DNA of 64,000 bases, taken from Setoptus koraiensis. Taxonomy: Eukaryota > Animalia > Arthropoda. The notes beneath the pieces were generated by a model. It was given only the letters and a program-made list of their open reading frames with translations. It made no database searches and was not told where the DNA came from. The stretch is taken from the NCBI GenBank assembly GCA_048013815.1, contig CM106585.1:19530001-19594000 (forward strand). The letters are read 5' to 3'. Of this stretch, positions 1-11,400 are shown in pieces. Positions within the stretch are counted from its first letter, which is position 1. Every line of letters starts with the position of its first letter. The position numbers were made by a program, and so were the translations under genes.

Positions 1-2
1 TG

Positions 3-1952
3 GTCCTAGCTCGATCAGTTCACATAACTTCAAGCGAGGCACTTTCTAGCAGCTGGATTGAAGAGATTCTGCAAGACATTAAGCAAGTCACTCCTCTGAG
101 TTGGTCGACCTTCTCTTTGAACCATTTCCCACCAAGCATTAAAGAATTCTTCCAGACTAATATGCCCCCAAAAGAAAACAACGCTCAATTAAAACCTGCT
201 GTAGAAGAAGAATATAGAAAATGGAAGGCTATAACTAATGAGAATAGCCTTGTTACTCATTTCTCACAACCCAATGCACCACCACTCTTCATTTGTTTAT
301 TATGGAAAATGGTGCTGAAGAAAGAACTCCTTCTAGAGAAAGAATATCTCAATCCTATTGTATACAAGATCCTAGATAGTATAAGAATCAAGGCGCTGTC
401 AGCTCACCTCAGAACTTTCGCAGATTACTTGGTGTACGAATGTGCCAACTCTCACTCTCAAGAATTCACTAAATACATGGATGCTCTAAGTGATCTCATA
501 TGGAAATTCCATATCATAACTTTGGACAGATTAACTTTGATTATGTGTTTGAGGAGTTTCGAGGGTAAAGAAGCGACTGTTTGCTCGTTCATTATTCAAA
601 ATCTGTTACTTCAGAAGAATCTTTTCAAAACCAGATTATTGTTTTTCATACACAACTACTCACCTGAACATTGGAGGCAGAATCCCGACTGGTACGAAAA
701 CCATCTGAACTTTCACAAGAGATTTCCAGAAAAATACTACTCTGACTGTTTGATAGGAATCAACCAATCGAGTTCACAATCACTACCATTGCCAACATAC
801 TTTAGTAATGTATGCTTGAGGTTGATCTATGTATTCGATCTCTTGATACATCGTTACTTGGAATTACCGGCAACACATATTGAGGCAGCCGGTGCCCTAA
901 CTCTTCTGAATGAGTTCGGCTGCATCTACAAATTTCACGAAAAGCCTATCACTTACTTATACAATACATTGAATTACTATAATGCTATATTACAAGAGAG
1001 GCCTGCTATGAAATACAGACTTGTCGCATCAATAACTGGAGCTTTCAAAGATATAAAACCATCAAACTGGTGTTTCAGCGAAAGCTTCAATCATTACTTG
1101 AAAAAACAGCCTGAGGAGGCTTGGAAACCTAACCTGAGTTATTACATAAAGCTCATTGGGAGACTAGTAGATACTCTTCAGAACAAGTCAGTTTTTCCAC
1201 ATACTGATTGGAGGTTCAACGAATTTCAGAATGTCAAGTCTCATGCTTTGTATTGTACCAGTGTAGAATTAATGGCTCTACCTGAAACGCCTCAAGTAGT
1301 TGGCGGCAATCTTCTCGATATTATTCTAGTCGGTCACGTCTGGTTGGATAGAGATGCCATTGTGCATTGGATGAATGCCATAGGATTGGTGTTGACCGCT
1401 CTACCAACAAGTTACTACAATGTCCTCAATGCTAAAATTATGGAATACCTGCAATCACCGCTTCTCACACAAGAAAGTTATCTACAGAATGTATTACAAC
1501 TCATCGATTTCTGCGATAACCATCAAAGAATGTACGAATCCCAACTAAGCTACCTTGTTGCTCTTACTCATGCAGTTTGGCATCATTCTAACACAGGACA
1601 AATCTCCAGTCTACCGGTATTTTTGAGAGAAGAAATCAAACCTGCTATCAAAACTGAGAATCAATATCTATTCATATGTTGTCTCATAGGACCGTTTTTG
1701 CCGCGTATTGAGCGTACGCGGACGATGATGGACGTTACAATCGAACTGTATGAGATTCTTGAGAAGGTTGATCAACTGTGTGACATACAACACCTCGACA
1801 CTATATGTGACTTATTGTATCATATCAAGTATATGTTCACTGGTGATGCGGTGAAGAAAGAGATTGAACGATGTATTAGAAACTTTAAGCCCAGGCTTCA
1901 ATTTCGCCTTCGTTTCATCACCCATCTGAATATTAGTGAAACTAAGACATAA
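3..1952 (+). CDS. MED23: Mediator complex subunit 23, 5'-partial (continues upstream of the window)
   Basis: Frame is open from position 3 (VLARSVHIT...SWIEEILQDIKQVTPLSWSTFSLNHFPP). Recognisable MED23 blocks: VEEEYRKWK, PPLFICLLWKM, DWRFNEF..HALYCTSVELMALP, ICDLLYHIKYMFTGD. No intron in the visible part. Confidence 0.95.
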   Translation, partial: VLARSVHITSSEALSSSWIEEILQDIKQVTPLSWSTFSLNHFPPSIKEFFQTNMPPKENNAQLKPAVEEEYRKWKAITNENSLVTHFSQPNAPPLFICLLWKMVLKKELLLEKEYLNPIVYKILDSIRIKALSAHLRTFADYLVYECANSHSQEFTKYMDALSDLIWKFHIITLDRLTLIMCLRSFEGKEATVCSFIIQNLLLQKNLFKTRLLFFIHNYSPEHWRQNPDWYENHLNFHKRFPEKYYSDCLIGINQSSSQSLPLPTYFSNVCLRLIYVFDLLIHRYLELPATHIEAAGALTLLNEFGCIYKFHEKPITYLYNTLNYYNAILQERPAMKYRLVASITGAFKDIKPSNWCFSESFNHYLKKQPEEAWKPNLSYYIKLIGRLVDTLQNKSVFPHTDWRFNEFQNVKSHALYCTSVELMALPETPQVVGGNLLDIILVGHVWLDRDAIVHWMNAIGLVLTALPTSYYNVLNAKIMEYLQSPLLTQESYLQNVLQLIDFCDNHQRMYESQLSYLVALTHAVWHHSNTGQISSLPVFLREEIKPAIKTENQYLFICCLIGPFLPRIERTRTMMDVTIELYEILEKVDQLCDIQHLDTICDLLYHIKYMFTGDAVKKEIERCIRNFKPRLQFRLRFITHLNISETKT

Positions 1953-2225
1953 TGCTGCTTGTTCTGTTTTTTGAGTCAATAAAATATCATAAATTTCTTG
2001 ACCATGATGCACACTATTATCTTACTAAAGCAAATCAATTCATTTATTTAAATTGTGATAAAATAAGGTTCTAGCTCATGTCAGGGTTACGGTTGAATCA
2101 GGTCAATAACCGTCATTATAGCGTATATTGTTTATTTAATTGAGGAAGACAGTCTTGAGCTGCCTATGTTCTATGTATTTCTGTATGTATATATATATAT
2201 AAATAATCGGTGTGATTTAGTTAAG

Positions 2226-2627
2226 TTATACCTTCTGACCTGGTATACCAGCTCCGGCGGGCTTTTTATTGATCAAGGATTTGTGGATGTGTGGGATGAC
2301 ACCACCTCCTGCTATTGTGGCTTTGATTAACGAATCAAGCTCCTCATCACCGCGGATGGCCAACTGTAAGTGGCGAGGCGTGATACGTTTGACCTTAAGA
2401 TCTTTAGAGGCATTGCCCGCTAACTCGAGGACCTCAGCGGTAAGATACTCTAGAATGGCTGCAGAGTAGACAGCGGCGGTGGCACCGACGCGCCCATGGC
2501 TGGTGGTTCTTGATTTTAGGTGACGATGGATTCGGCCAACTGGGAATTGTAAACCGGCTCTTGCCGATCGTGATATGGCTTTAGCTTTTGATTTTCCTGA
2601 ATCTTTTCCGGCTTTACCTCCTGCCAT
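2226..2627 (-). CDS. His2Av: Histone variant H2A.Z (H2Av), intronless
   Basis: [12 protein letters not shown]...[100 protein letters not shown] is diagnostic of H2A.Z. Confidence 0.98.
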   Translation of the reverse strand: MAGGKAGKDSGKSKAKAISRSARAGLQFPVGRIHRHLKSRTTSHGRVGATAAVYSAAILEYLTAEVLELAGNASKDLKVKRITPRHLQLAIRGDEELDSLIKATIAGGGVIPHIHKSLINKKPAGAGIPGQKV

Positions 2628-2876
2628 TTTGATTTAAATTATAGATTTTTTTTTATATTTAGATATGAGGGCAATCGTTAGAATTGAATTGAGCGAATGA
2701 ATTGTCCGTTGAAATTAGCGATCGTATTTATTTGTGAGAAGCACGAACGCGTTGTCACGAGTGTGATGTTCACATAGAATCGTTGCATTAAATTTAAGGA
2801 CAGTGGGAAGAGAACGTGTGCCTTCCCCCAGACGATCGACTCATCTGATGGTGCGCAGAAGCCGAAAAATTTTCAA

Positions 2877-2893
2877 TTCGAAATTTGGCGCTC
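2877..2893. promoter_or_regulatory. E2F/CDE + CHR-like element, copy 1
   Basis: TTCGAAATTTGGCGCTC; on the minus strand GCGCC, a 4-nt spacer, then TTCGAA. Lies ~250 bp upstream of the H2A.Z ATG. Confidence 0.45.
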
Positions 2894-3440
2894 GCTTTTA
2901 TTGGGGGAAGAGCACAATTTTGTGCCCCCGTTTTAAGCTGAAGCACAGCGAATGCGGGATTTATCATTCGAAAACAAAGAGTGGGATGCGCGCTCGTTTG
3001 GAAAGGACGACAAGAGAACTCATGAGTCCTCAGGTCGTCCTTTTCAAAACGAGTGTTATCCTCACATACGTGTAACAGGCGCACTCGCACGCGCGCCACC
3101 AAGCGGTCAGTCCGGCTGATGAGCGCCACCAAGTGGTCGGTGTCGCAAGCCCACAGCACTATTCGATTGTGCTAGCGGGTCGGGCCGAAGAACTGGGCTC
3201 TCATGTGCCGTTATGCTACTAGATGCAGGCAAGATGCTATTGGTGGCATCAATCACAAATTGACGGTCTTGGTTAATTCACATTATTAAAATAAGAGCGA
3301 ACAACAATATCTTACTGTCTCTGTCGTTCTGTTCTCGGATCTCACAAAAGCTGACAATATGTAAATTTGCGACTGAGCGGCCAGTCGTCATTTGACATAG
3401 CTTTGCGTGTGCGCATGCGCACAAGCTACAAAAAGTTAGA

Positions 3441-3457
3441 TTCGAAAATTGGCGCTC
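3441..3457. promoter_or_regulatory. E2F/CDE + CHR-like element, copy 2
   Basis: TTCGAAAATTGGCGCTC, 16/17 identical to 2877-2893, in the same divergent promoter. An Inr-like TCAGT follows near 3482. Confidence 0.45.
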
Positions 3458-3833
3458 ACAGTTTCGCAGTTTCCTTCCCCTCTCAGTATGGAATAAATTT
3501 CACGTTGACGCGTTTTGGGTTGCCCCAAATAATTGTGCACCAGCGACGCGCTTTGCGCACTCGCACAATTCAAGCTGAAGTTGGCAAGATGGAGGACGAT
3601 CGAACTAGCATTATCATTCGATTATTCGCCATTGTGCCACCGTCACCAAACAGCTAGCCGAACAACCGCAACAGCAGCAGCAGCAGCCATAGGCACGTTT
3701 AAATGAGGCGACCAATGCCAAGGTGCAAACATATAAAGCGATATATTAAAAGCAACATATTGTTTATATTAAAAGAATTTAGCAATAATAATCACAGGGA
3801 TAGAAGAGAGCGCAATAGCAACAACCACAAGTC

Positions 3834-5417
3834 ATGCACATCAGCAAAACAACAATGATTGCAATGAGAAAGAAATCTCGCCTATGCACAACATCCGGCC
3901 TCGACTTTATCATCATGCTGCTGTTAATATCAGAAGGTTCCATATTGATTAGGAGGCCCCAGGCCAACAGCGGCAGTTATACAATCGAGTACAGAGTCGA
4001 TCATCGTCAGCAGTGCAAACAGCAGCGGCCGACCAGCCACAATTGTTGTGCCATCCTACTAGCGGAGGCCAAGGGTGTTGCCGGCATGGGCAAGGCCGGC
4101 CAAGGTGTCGAGGGAGGCCAGGGTGGCACGGACAAGGCGGGCCAGCGAGTTCCTCGCGAAACCTATCTGGCCTTGTCCTATGCTTGCACTTGGATCTTGT
4201 TTACACTATCTGTGCCAGTGTTATTTTATGGCCTCAACAAAATGCTTGGCAAGGTTAAAGTTTGTTGTGGGTGCAAAAAGAAAGCCAGCCATCCAAAACA
4301 GACAGAGAGAAAACACAAACAAAAACAACAATCAACTCAATCTCTCATTGGTACTATAAGTGGTCAGATAAGCCAGAGTAAGAGCGATTCCGCCGGAAAT
4401 GCCAGCAGTAATAGCGTGTGCGAGCAGCAAGGCAAACGAACAACGCAATCACAATTCCAAAATCATCAGTACCTAAATCAATACTTTTCTAATGCTGGTG
4501 GCGCTGATATTAATGGGAATACCAACGAATCTTTCAGGTCAAAAGTAAAAGCACCAAAACTGAAACAACTAGAACAACAAGCCACCATTGGTAAATATAA
4601 TTTGCAACAACAACAACAGCAGCTAGAAATGCTTCAAAATAGTCTCATGTCAACTAACCTTGCCTTATATCATCAACAGCACCAACAACAACAACAACAA
4701 CAACAACAAATGCAGCAGCAGCAGTCAGCTTTAAGTAATTCGCAGCAAGACTTCGATAAAAGAAGTGATACTAGGCCAGATAAAAGAAACAACAATTGTT
4801 ACAATTTTCAACAACTCAATGGTTACAATCTTCCCCCATTGAAATCCAATTACAATTTCCACAACAATTTCTACTACACAAACCTTCACAACAATAACAG
4901 TAATGGCCTGTCTAATGTTGTTAAAAGTGCACCCAGTGTTGAACAATCCCATTTACTGCAGCAGCAGCAACAACACCCGCACCAGAACAAAAACAAAATA
5001 ATCAAAATACAACCCAAAAAGTCCAAACAGTGTCCCAATAGTAATAATAATTTGCTAGTCATGGATAATTCACACAATACAACAACCTCCTCATCCAACT
5101 CATCCAAGTCAAATAATGGTGCCGAATCGAAAAAAGGATCGCCCTCAGATTCTTTTTATTCTTCTAAACCGCCGCCAGTCACACAACAACCACCCTACAA
5201 TGAACACCTAGACCGACTTACGTTCGGACCAATGAACCATAGCCAAAGTATGAACTTGACCGACTTGAACTCTTACAACTCAACCAGTACAGATGCACAA
5301 CCAAATATCAACTCTGATTTTTTAATAGGAGCCAAGACACTATCCCACTATCCTGATCTCAAGGTAGATAGTAACTTTGGTTATTCGCTCGTGATGCGCG
5401 ATAACATGGCTCGATAA
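3834..5417 (+). CDS. Uncharacterised membrane protein with Q/N-rich low-complexity tail; start uncertain
   Basis: 527-codon ORF with a hydrophobic segment (YLALSYACTWILFTLSVPVLFYGL) followed by KVKVCCGCKKK, then a long Q/N/S-rich region. A possible signal-like segment (DFIIMLLLISEG) lies near the N-terminus. No recognisable family. Confidence 0.6.
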   Translation: MHISKTTMIAMRKKSRLCTTSGLDFIIMLLLISEGSILIRRPQANSGSYTIEYRVDHRQQCKQQRPTSHNCCAILLAEAKGVAGMGKAGQGVEGGQGGTDKAGQRVPRETYLALSYACTWILFTLSVPVLFYGLNKMLGKVKVCCGCKKKASHPKQTERKHKQKQQSTQSLIGTISGQISQSKSDSAGNASSNSVCEQQGKRTTQSQFQNHQYLNQYFSNAGGADINGNTNESFRSKVKAPKLKQLEQQATIGKYNLQQQQQQLEMLQNSLMSTNLALYHQQHQQQQQQQQQMQQQQSALSNSQQDFDKRSDTRPDKRNNNCYNFQQLNGYNLPPLKSNYNFHNNFYYTNLHNNNSNGLSNVVKSAPSVEQSHLLQQQQQHPHQNKNKIIKIQPKKSKQCPNSNNNLLVMDNSHNTTTSSSNSSKSNNGAESKKGSPSDSFYSSKPPPVTQQPPYNEHLDRLTFGPMNHSQSMNLTDLNSYNSTSTDAQPNINSDFLIGAKTLSHYPDLKVDSNFGYSLVMRDNMAR

Positions 5418-8400
5418 AAATAGTTGCAAAGTGAGATGATATGTATATTATAATAATAATATATCAAATGTTACTGTATAAAGCACTAGTCTTGTTTGGT
5501 CTTTTTATTCGAAAGGAAAAACGAAACATATCCTAGAAAAATTTATTACCATGCTGAAAAAGTAAAATAAAAGTCAATTCTACCAAGATGGTAATTCAAG
5601 CAGCATTCCATATAACAGTGGTATGTGTCATAAATCAAACTTGTAAAAAGATGAAAATTCATCCAGCAGTAGTATATTTGGACAGGTTAAGTCAGATGGG
5701 ATTTAAACCACAAAAGCGTTTTGATTTTTGACACGCAAATCCCCCAAAGAGCTGGCCCGCTGGTCTCTTAATATTCGTCCTAGGTGTGGCGCTGTTCCTT
5801 TCCTGATGCATCCAAATTCATTCAAACAGATTAGTGTAGCTTCGAAGCTTTCGTCAGCCTACGTCAAATCTGTCCTCTTTTATCCTTGCTTTTAGTGAAA
5901 GTATCAACTAAAACGGTACCTTTAATCGTCTGGGTGCGGATTTACGATAAGTAGAAGTGGATATTCTCGGCTTCCTACTACAATGAGGATATCTTAATTT
6001 CTAACCTAACACGCACTCTTTCCGGCCATGACATCGATTAGAGCTTGATAAATGGAAGCTACTCTGTGAATTCCATTATGTGGATAGCTATCCGGGGCGC
6101 ATTTTTATCATTATCATGAAGCATGATGAATCTCTACTTGAGCCATGAAAACTTTTGATATAACGTTTTCTTGCCCATAAACGCGACTTGTTTCACTCTT
6201 GTTCGAAATGAATAGCGATGGTTTTTTATTTTATGTTCATCTGGCAATATCTGTCTTTTGTGACGATTATATATTTATGTATTGAAACAACAAAGTAGAG
6301 GCGAGATCAAGCCATGAAGAAGACCCTCCTCCTTGAATGGCGAGCATACATGGATAAATCGATGGACCGAAACCGCTTGGCTGGCATGAACATGGTCAAT
6401 GGCTATCCAGAACAAATCCGTCTATGTCGGCTAGCGTCGAAACCAATACATTAAAACATGATAACTCTTTCGCCATTTTAACGCCGTTCAATTCCCAGCA
6501 GCAACATTAACGAGAGCACGTTCATGAAAAGCCAAACACTAGTGGAGAATATCGGCCTCTCTATCAGTATTTTGTCTATTCACCACTGTTACCGTTTCGA
6601 TTCTTTATATCCATTCAGCAATGTGTGTAGCAGTATAGAGATCGAAGAGCCATCGCATAAGACTAAGAAGATCAATAAGAATGAGAGGGTAAGAACGAAG
6701 GACAAAGGAAGAGATACGATGCGCCCCAAAAACGAACGTGTTGTTGACACAATCTTCTTTTCTTTTGTACAGTCGGTCTAGCGTTAGCAGTGGCGGTTGT
6801 AAAAGCAGCAGTAATAGTAGTAGTAGTAGTAGTGGTAGTATCAGCTGCACTAGTGATGGTAGTATTGGTATTGACGATGGTGGTGGTGGTGACAGCAAAT
6901 TGGATAGAGCAAATTACCTTGCATGGTTAGATGGCGCAATGGTTGTTATATCATCGGAAGCTTTATTCTTCTTTGTTGTGTATGAATCGAAAAGAAAACT
7001 AGCTTAGAAGCGACGAGGGTTAGGGGAAGATGAGGATGAGGATGAAGATGAAGTTGGCACAAGAAACGGATAGACAGTATGAGTAGCGATGGTGATAGTG
7101 ATGACGGTGGAATAAAATGAGAGTGAAATAAAGATGGATGAGAGAGGGCCGCGCATATACGCACAATGGAGTGAAATAAGTGATGTGCATTACTTATACC
7201 GCCACCCTTAAGGTATTCTACAGGGCAGTTACCTGGCGCCGTACGCAGAGGCTGAATTGTATCCAGGTATCCATTTCGACAATCGAGAGACTGCGAAATT
7301 GTATCAAATAGTGAGTGGCCCCGCTTGATCCCGCTCACTTACTGTTCCTATTTTGCTGCCAGGCTTACTAGCATTCGATACAGAGGGGAGGGGGGCCTAA
7401 GAGATAAAAGGAGCCTAAAGCCAGCCAGAAGTAATGAGTTTCTAGTGAAGTATGAGTTGGATGTAAGCCAGCCAGCCTGCCAGCCAGCGAGTAGACCGGT
7501 GGTGAGCCAGCCGCAATCGGGCCAGAGATATAAATCTGTAGAACGTGCAAAGAACAAAAGTGTTCCGTTGATGCTGCTTCGCATTCTTCCTCTGGCCGAC
7601 TGACTGTTTCTACAGATGAGTCAAAGGAAGGAATCTCGCAATCCTTTTATCCAAAATTAACTTAAACCCCTATTCAACAGCGCGCCCAAACCTAAAATAG
7701 AACAATCAAATTCTCACCGTTACGCCGTGAGTACAATGCGTCTACCATCTAGACGGGCCTAGCCCATACAATAGCACTCATTGAGACATTTGTTCACCAT
7801 CTCGCCGCCTGGCCTGGTTGTGTGGCTCTGATGGCGCCACTTGGCCCCCATCGGACTGATGTGGCTGCCTTGGCAGCCATTGAACTCTTTCATCCGACAA
7901 CGGCAAACCACAAGTAAGCTCGTTTGTTGCGGCGACAGTACCAACGGTGGCAGCTGATGAAGGTGTTACTATCCGAATGGGAACACTGAACAGGTCCAAC
8001 TGGTATATGATGGTATGTGGTGGTATGGACAGGCTGGTATGTGTGCGCCGTTGGATCGGAAGTAGCTCCAGTTAGGATCGTGGGCCCGGCCCGGATGGTT
8101 GCTTGTGGGGCGCTCATAAATGCGAAATGTGTGAATACTGTTACTTTATATAGATCACGTTCTTTTCATTTTTGTTGTTGTTGGCCATGCTACGGCCGCG
8201 GCCCACACTATTAGTGGCATAGACAAATGTAATTGTTTGTGTGTATCGTGCAAGATGCGCTTGTAGTGGTATAAATAGGCTCCGGTTTCTGGCAGGCTGG
8301 CCCCGCATGTGCGATCGTCAGTTTGTCTGGCACAAGTGTTGCATGCAAGAAAGTGCCCCATCCCATTCGAGGAGCCAGCCCGCGGGTGCCGAAGGAAATA

Positions 8401-11400
8401 GGGCGAGCAGCAAGTTATTGTTGTGGTGTGATAATGGCGAGACATGCATTGTTGAAAATAGTTGCTTTTGTGCGTTCGCTCAGTCTATCGAATTAGGCCC
8501 GTGCGCACCTGATTTCGGTTGTTAGCAGCAGCAGCAGCAGCTCATCGATTAATCATTTATATTTGCCACCTAACCAGACCGCACTTGGCTCCAGTCTGGC
8601 CAGGCCGGCGGGCCCATCGAGCCAGCCGGCGGGCCCCGCGAGTCGGGCAGTCAAGCGAACGAGAGCACTCTACTCATTTAACTCTCGCTTAAGTACCGTG
8701 CTCAATCTCAATCTGGCCAGCCAAAACTGTTTGCTGTGTGTGTGTGTGTGTTGCCTCTAGCTTGTGTCAGGGCTGGCCGACAAACAAAGATTGCTTATGT
8801 ATGTTTGAGCAAGGCTCGTCAGCGGCCACGACGACGAGGCTAATCGAAGACGCGGCCCCACGAAACGCCGGCCCCTGGCGGCTCTGGCGGGCGCGTTTTC
8901 GTTGATTGAAAGACGACAAACTGAGTGATGGGCGCAAGAGGGAGCCAGGGCGACACACACACACACACGCACAAACAACACAAAATAACTGGTTCGAGCT
9001 TAGAGGGCGTTAGAGGGGCCAGTGGCACAATGGCCATAAAATGGCCAGACATTCATTGTGGGGCCCCGCGCCTCGATCGATTTGCCATTAACGCCGCTGG
9101 GCTCGCTGCCATTCACAATGCGCGTTATTTTCGCTAGTTTCGCGCTGCAATTCGCTCGACCGGGGGGGGCTCCAGCAGCAACTAGCTCATGAATCTATTA
9201 TTATTATGAGTGGCCGGGCGCCTTGTTAGTCTTGTCACTCGTTGGTTGCGACCAATATGCTAACTTTACAAAGACAACAACAGCCTCGACAGGGCTGCCC
9301 CCGGTCCACATTAACCGCGCGCAGCGGCTCTATATAACGGCTCGCATGACATTCCGGCTGGCAGCGCGGCCTCCGTGCTCAATCGAGCCGCTCACGAGCT
9401 GCCCGTCAGAGGCGTGACCCGACCGCCGGCGTAGCGAGAACAAAAAACATCGTTGCTGCTCGGGGCCGTCGGTTGGCCGGTTATGACTGCCGGTCACTTT
9501 GTGGTGCCAAACGGGGCGACAACAACGTGCTGGCCGATATCGATTGATGGCTGGGCTCGCAGCCATCACCGGCTGCTGGGGGCACCGCAGGGCCACGATA
9601 TCTACTGAAGCGTGTTTTATGCCGACGCGGGACACTATCAACAAATGGATACTACTGGCCGCTGGCCGGCCGGCCGGCCGACTGAGGCGCCGATGGCCAC
9701 GGGCAACGGGAACGTGTTCGGGTCAACATTGCAGGCATTAAACTGCGAGCGAGCCACCAAAAGAAGCGTTAGCCAGAATTGAAATTGGCCGAAAGAGAAT
9801 TGCAGAGCGCACACATTCAATGGGCTGCCCGTAAGCACAGTATTCGGTATTATTGCTCTCTCCTCGGATAAGATATGTGTAGTGATACTCACGCACGCAC
9901 ACTTTTGGGGCCCCAAATTGGCGCAAGTGCGCCAAGTGTGAGTGCGCCGGCCAGCCATTCCGCCGGCCGTGGCTGCTGGGGCCCTCGGGAGCCTGGCCGC
10001 AGTGGCCGCGGTGGCCGCGCCAGCTTCACCGACTGCCCAAATTTGGCTGCCGGGCGGCTAAATTGGCGCACGAACGAGCCGACGAGCCCGCTAACAAGCA
10101 GCCGGTGGGGCGCAATCAATTGTTGACATTGGCCGAAATAAGTAATATCGGCAATATCAGGCCGAGCGGCCAAAAAAGGTCGCTCGGCCCATACTAATCG
10201 TTGTTGTTTTAGCTTGCTGGCAAGTATCGTCTGTGCACTTACTGCTGCATATGCGCGCATTATACGGCGCATTATGTGACGTTACGTAAACAGTTACATC
10301 GGCACGGATAATGGGCAAACGGTTAGCGACGACCGAGCTTTGTCCAGATTATTCAGATCAATTCTGTTATCGCGCTACAATTGATGCCTTGCCCACCACT
10401 GATTAACACGCCAGTTTGTTAGCTGGCGCGGGCGTCTACACTGGCGCCGCCGATAGCGTCGCTGGGGTGCCATTGTGAACACCCCGGTCACCCTCGGCGT
10501 TTGCATTTGTCGTGCCGACGCGCACGCTACGATAGATCCGATCCGATCCGACTGGTCAGTTGGGTCAGAGAGGCGAGAGAAAAAGCGCGGAAATTGCCAC
10601 GATTGTCACTGGCTGGACAGACAGTAATTATTGTTCAGTCAATGGTGTCGTATGGCGCCGTCTGCGGGCGCACAAATGCATCCCGAACGCTAGAGTGAAT
10701 ATTTGCTTAGACGTCCGACGGACGCGACATCGGAGCAAGAAGTCACGCCATCGCATTAGTGCCCAACCAGCGTGTTTAGGCCAGCCAGCCAGTCAGTCAG
10801 CCAGCAGTTGAGGCGGCTGAAATGCTGAATGTGGCGTAAAAGATCACAATCGAAGCGGCCGCGAAACGAGGCGGCCGATATTGTTTCTTTACAATATTAG
10901 TTGTATAATCCAACGACAACAACGACAACAACAGCGACAACAGCGACAACGTCGCTAACAGAACACGCTCATTTGAAGCGGCCAATTGACAGAAGCGGCC
11001 CCATTTTTGCCCCTGGCGCACAACTGACAATAGTTGAACCAGAGATTGATGGTTCAACAAACCACAGCTAGATCACAGATGATATCCAGACTGAATAGAG
11101 CCCTTGCGCAACCAACCAGAGAAAGAGACCTAAACAAATAGACACTGGGGCCCCGTTGGAGGGGAGGGGGGCGACCAACACGCTCGAGGCTTGAGCTGAG
11201 CTATGGTGGCTGGCGGAGGCGCTCAGTTGCGCGCGCGCGCGCCAAATCAGGCAGTTTAGGACACAAATGTCAAATGGTTGTTCATTAAATACTGCTGTTG
11301 TTGTGTTCGTGATGATGGTCTTGCACGCGGACACTGGACCAAAACAAATTCGTCGTTGGCCCGTGCTACCCGTACCAGAGACCACTACAGCTAAACAGTG

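Noticed and set aside
3779-3967. 62-aa minus-strand ORF resembling a Cys-rich single-TM peptide
   Set aside because: It is the antisense shadow of AAC/CAA-rich plus-strand sequence, which automatically gives Val/Leu/Cys codons, and it overlaps the longer plus-strand ORF.
8036-8062. SDPTAHTY resembling tarsal-less/mille-pattes LDPTGxY peptides
   Set aside because: The motif is mismatched, not repeated, and not in a short ATG-initiated smORF.
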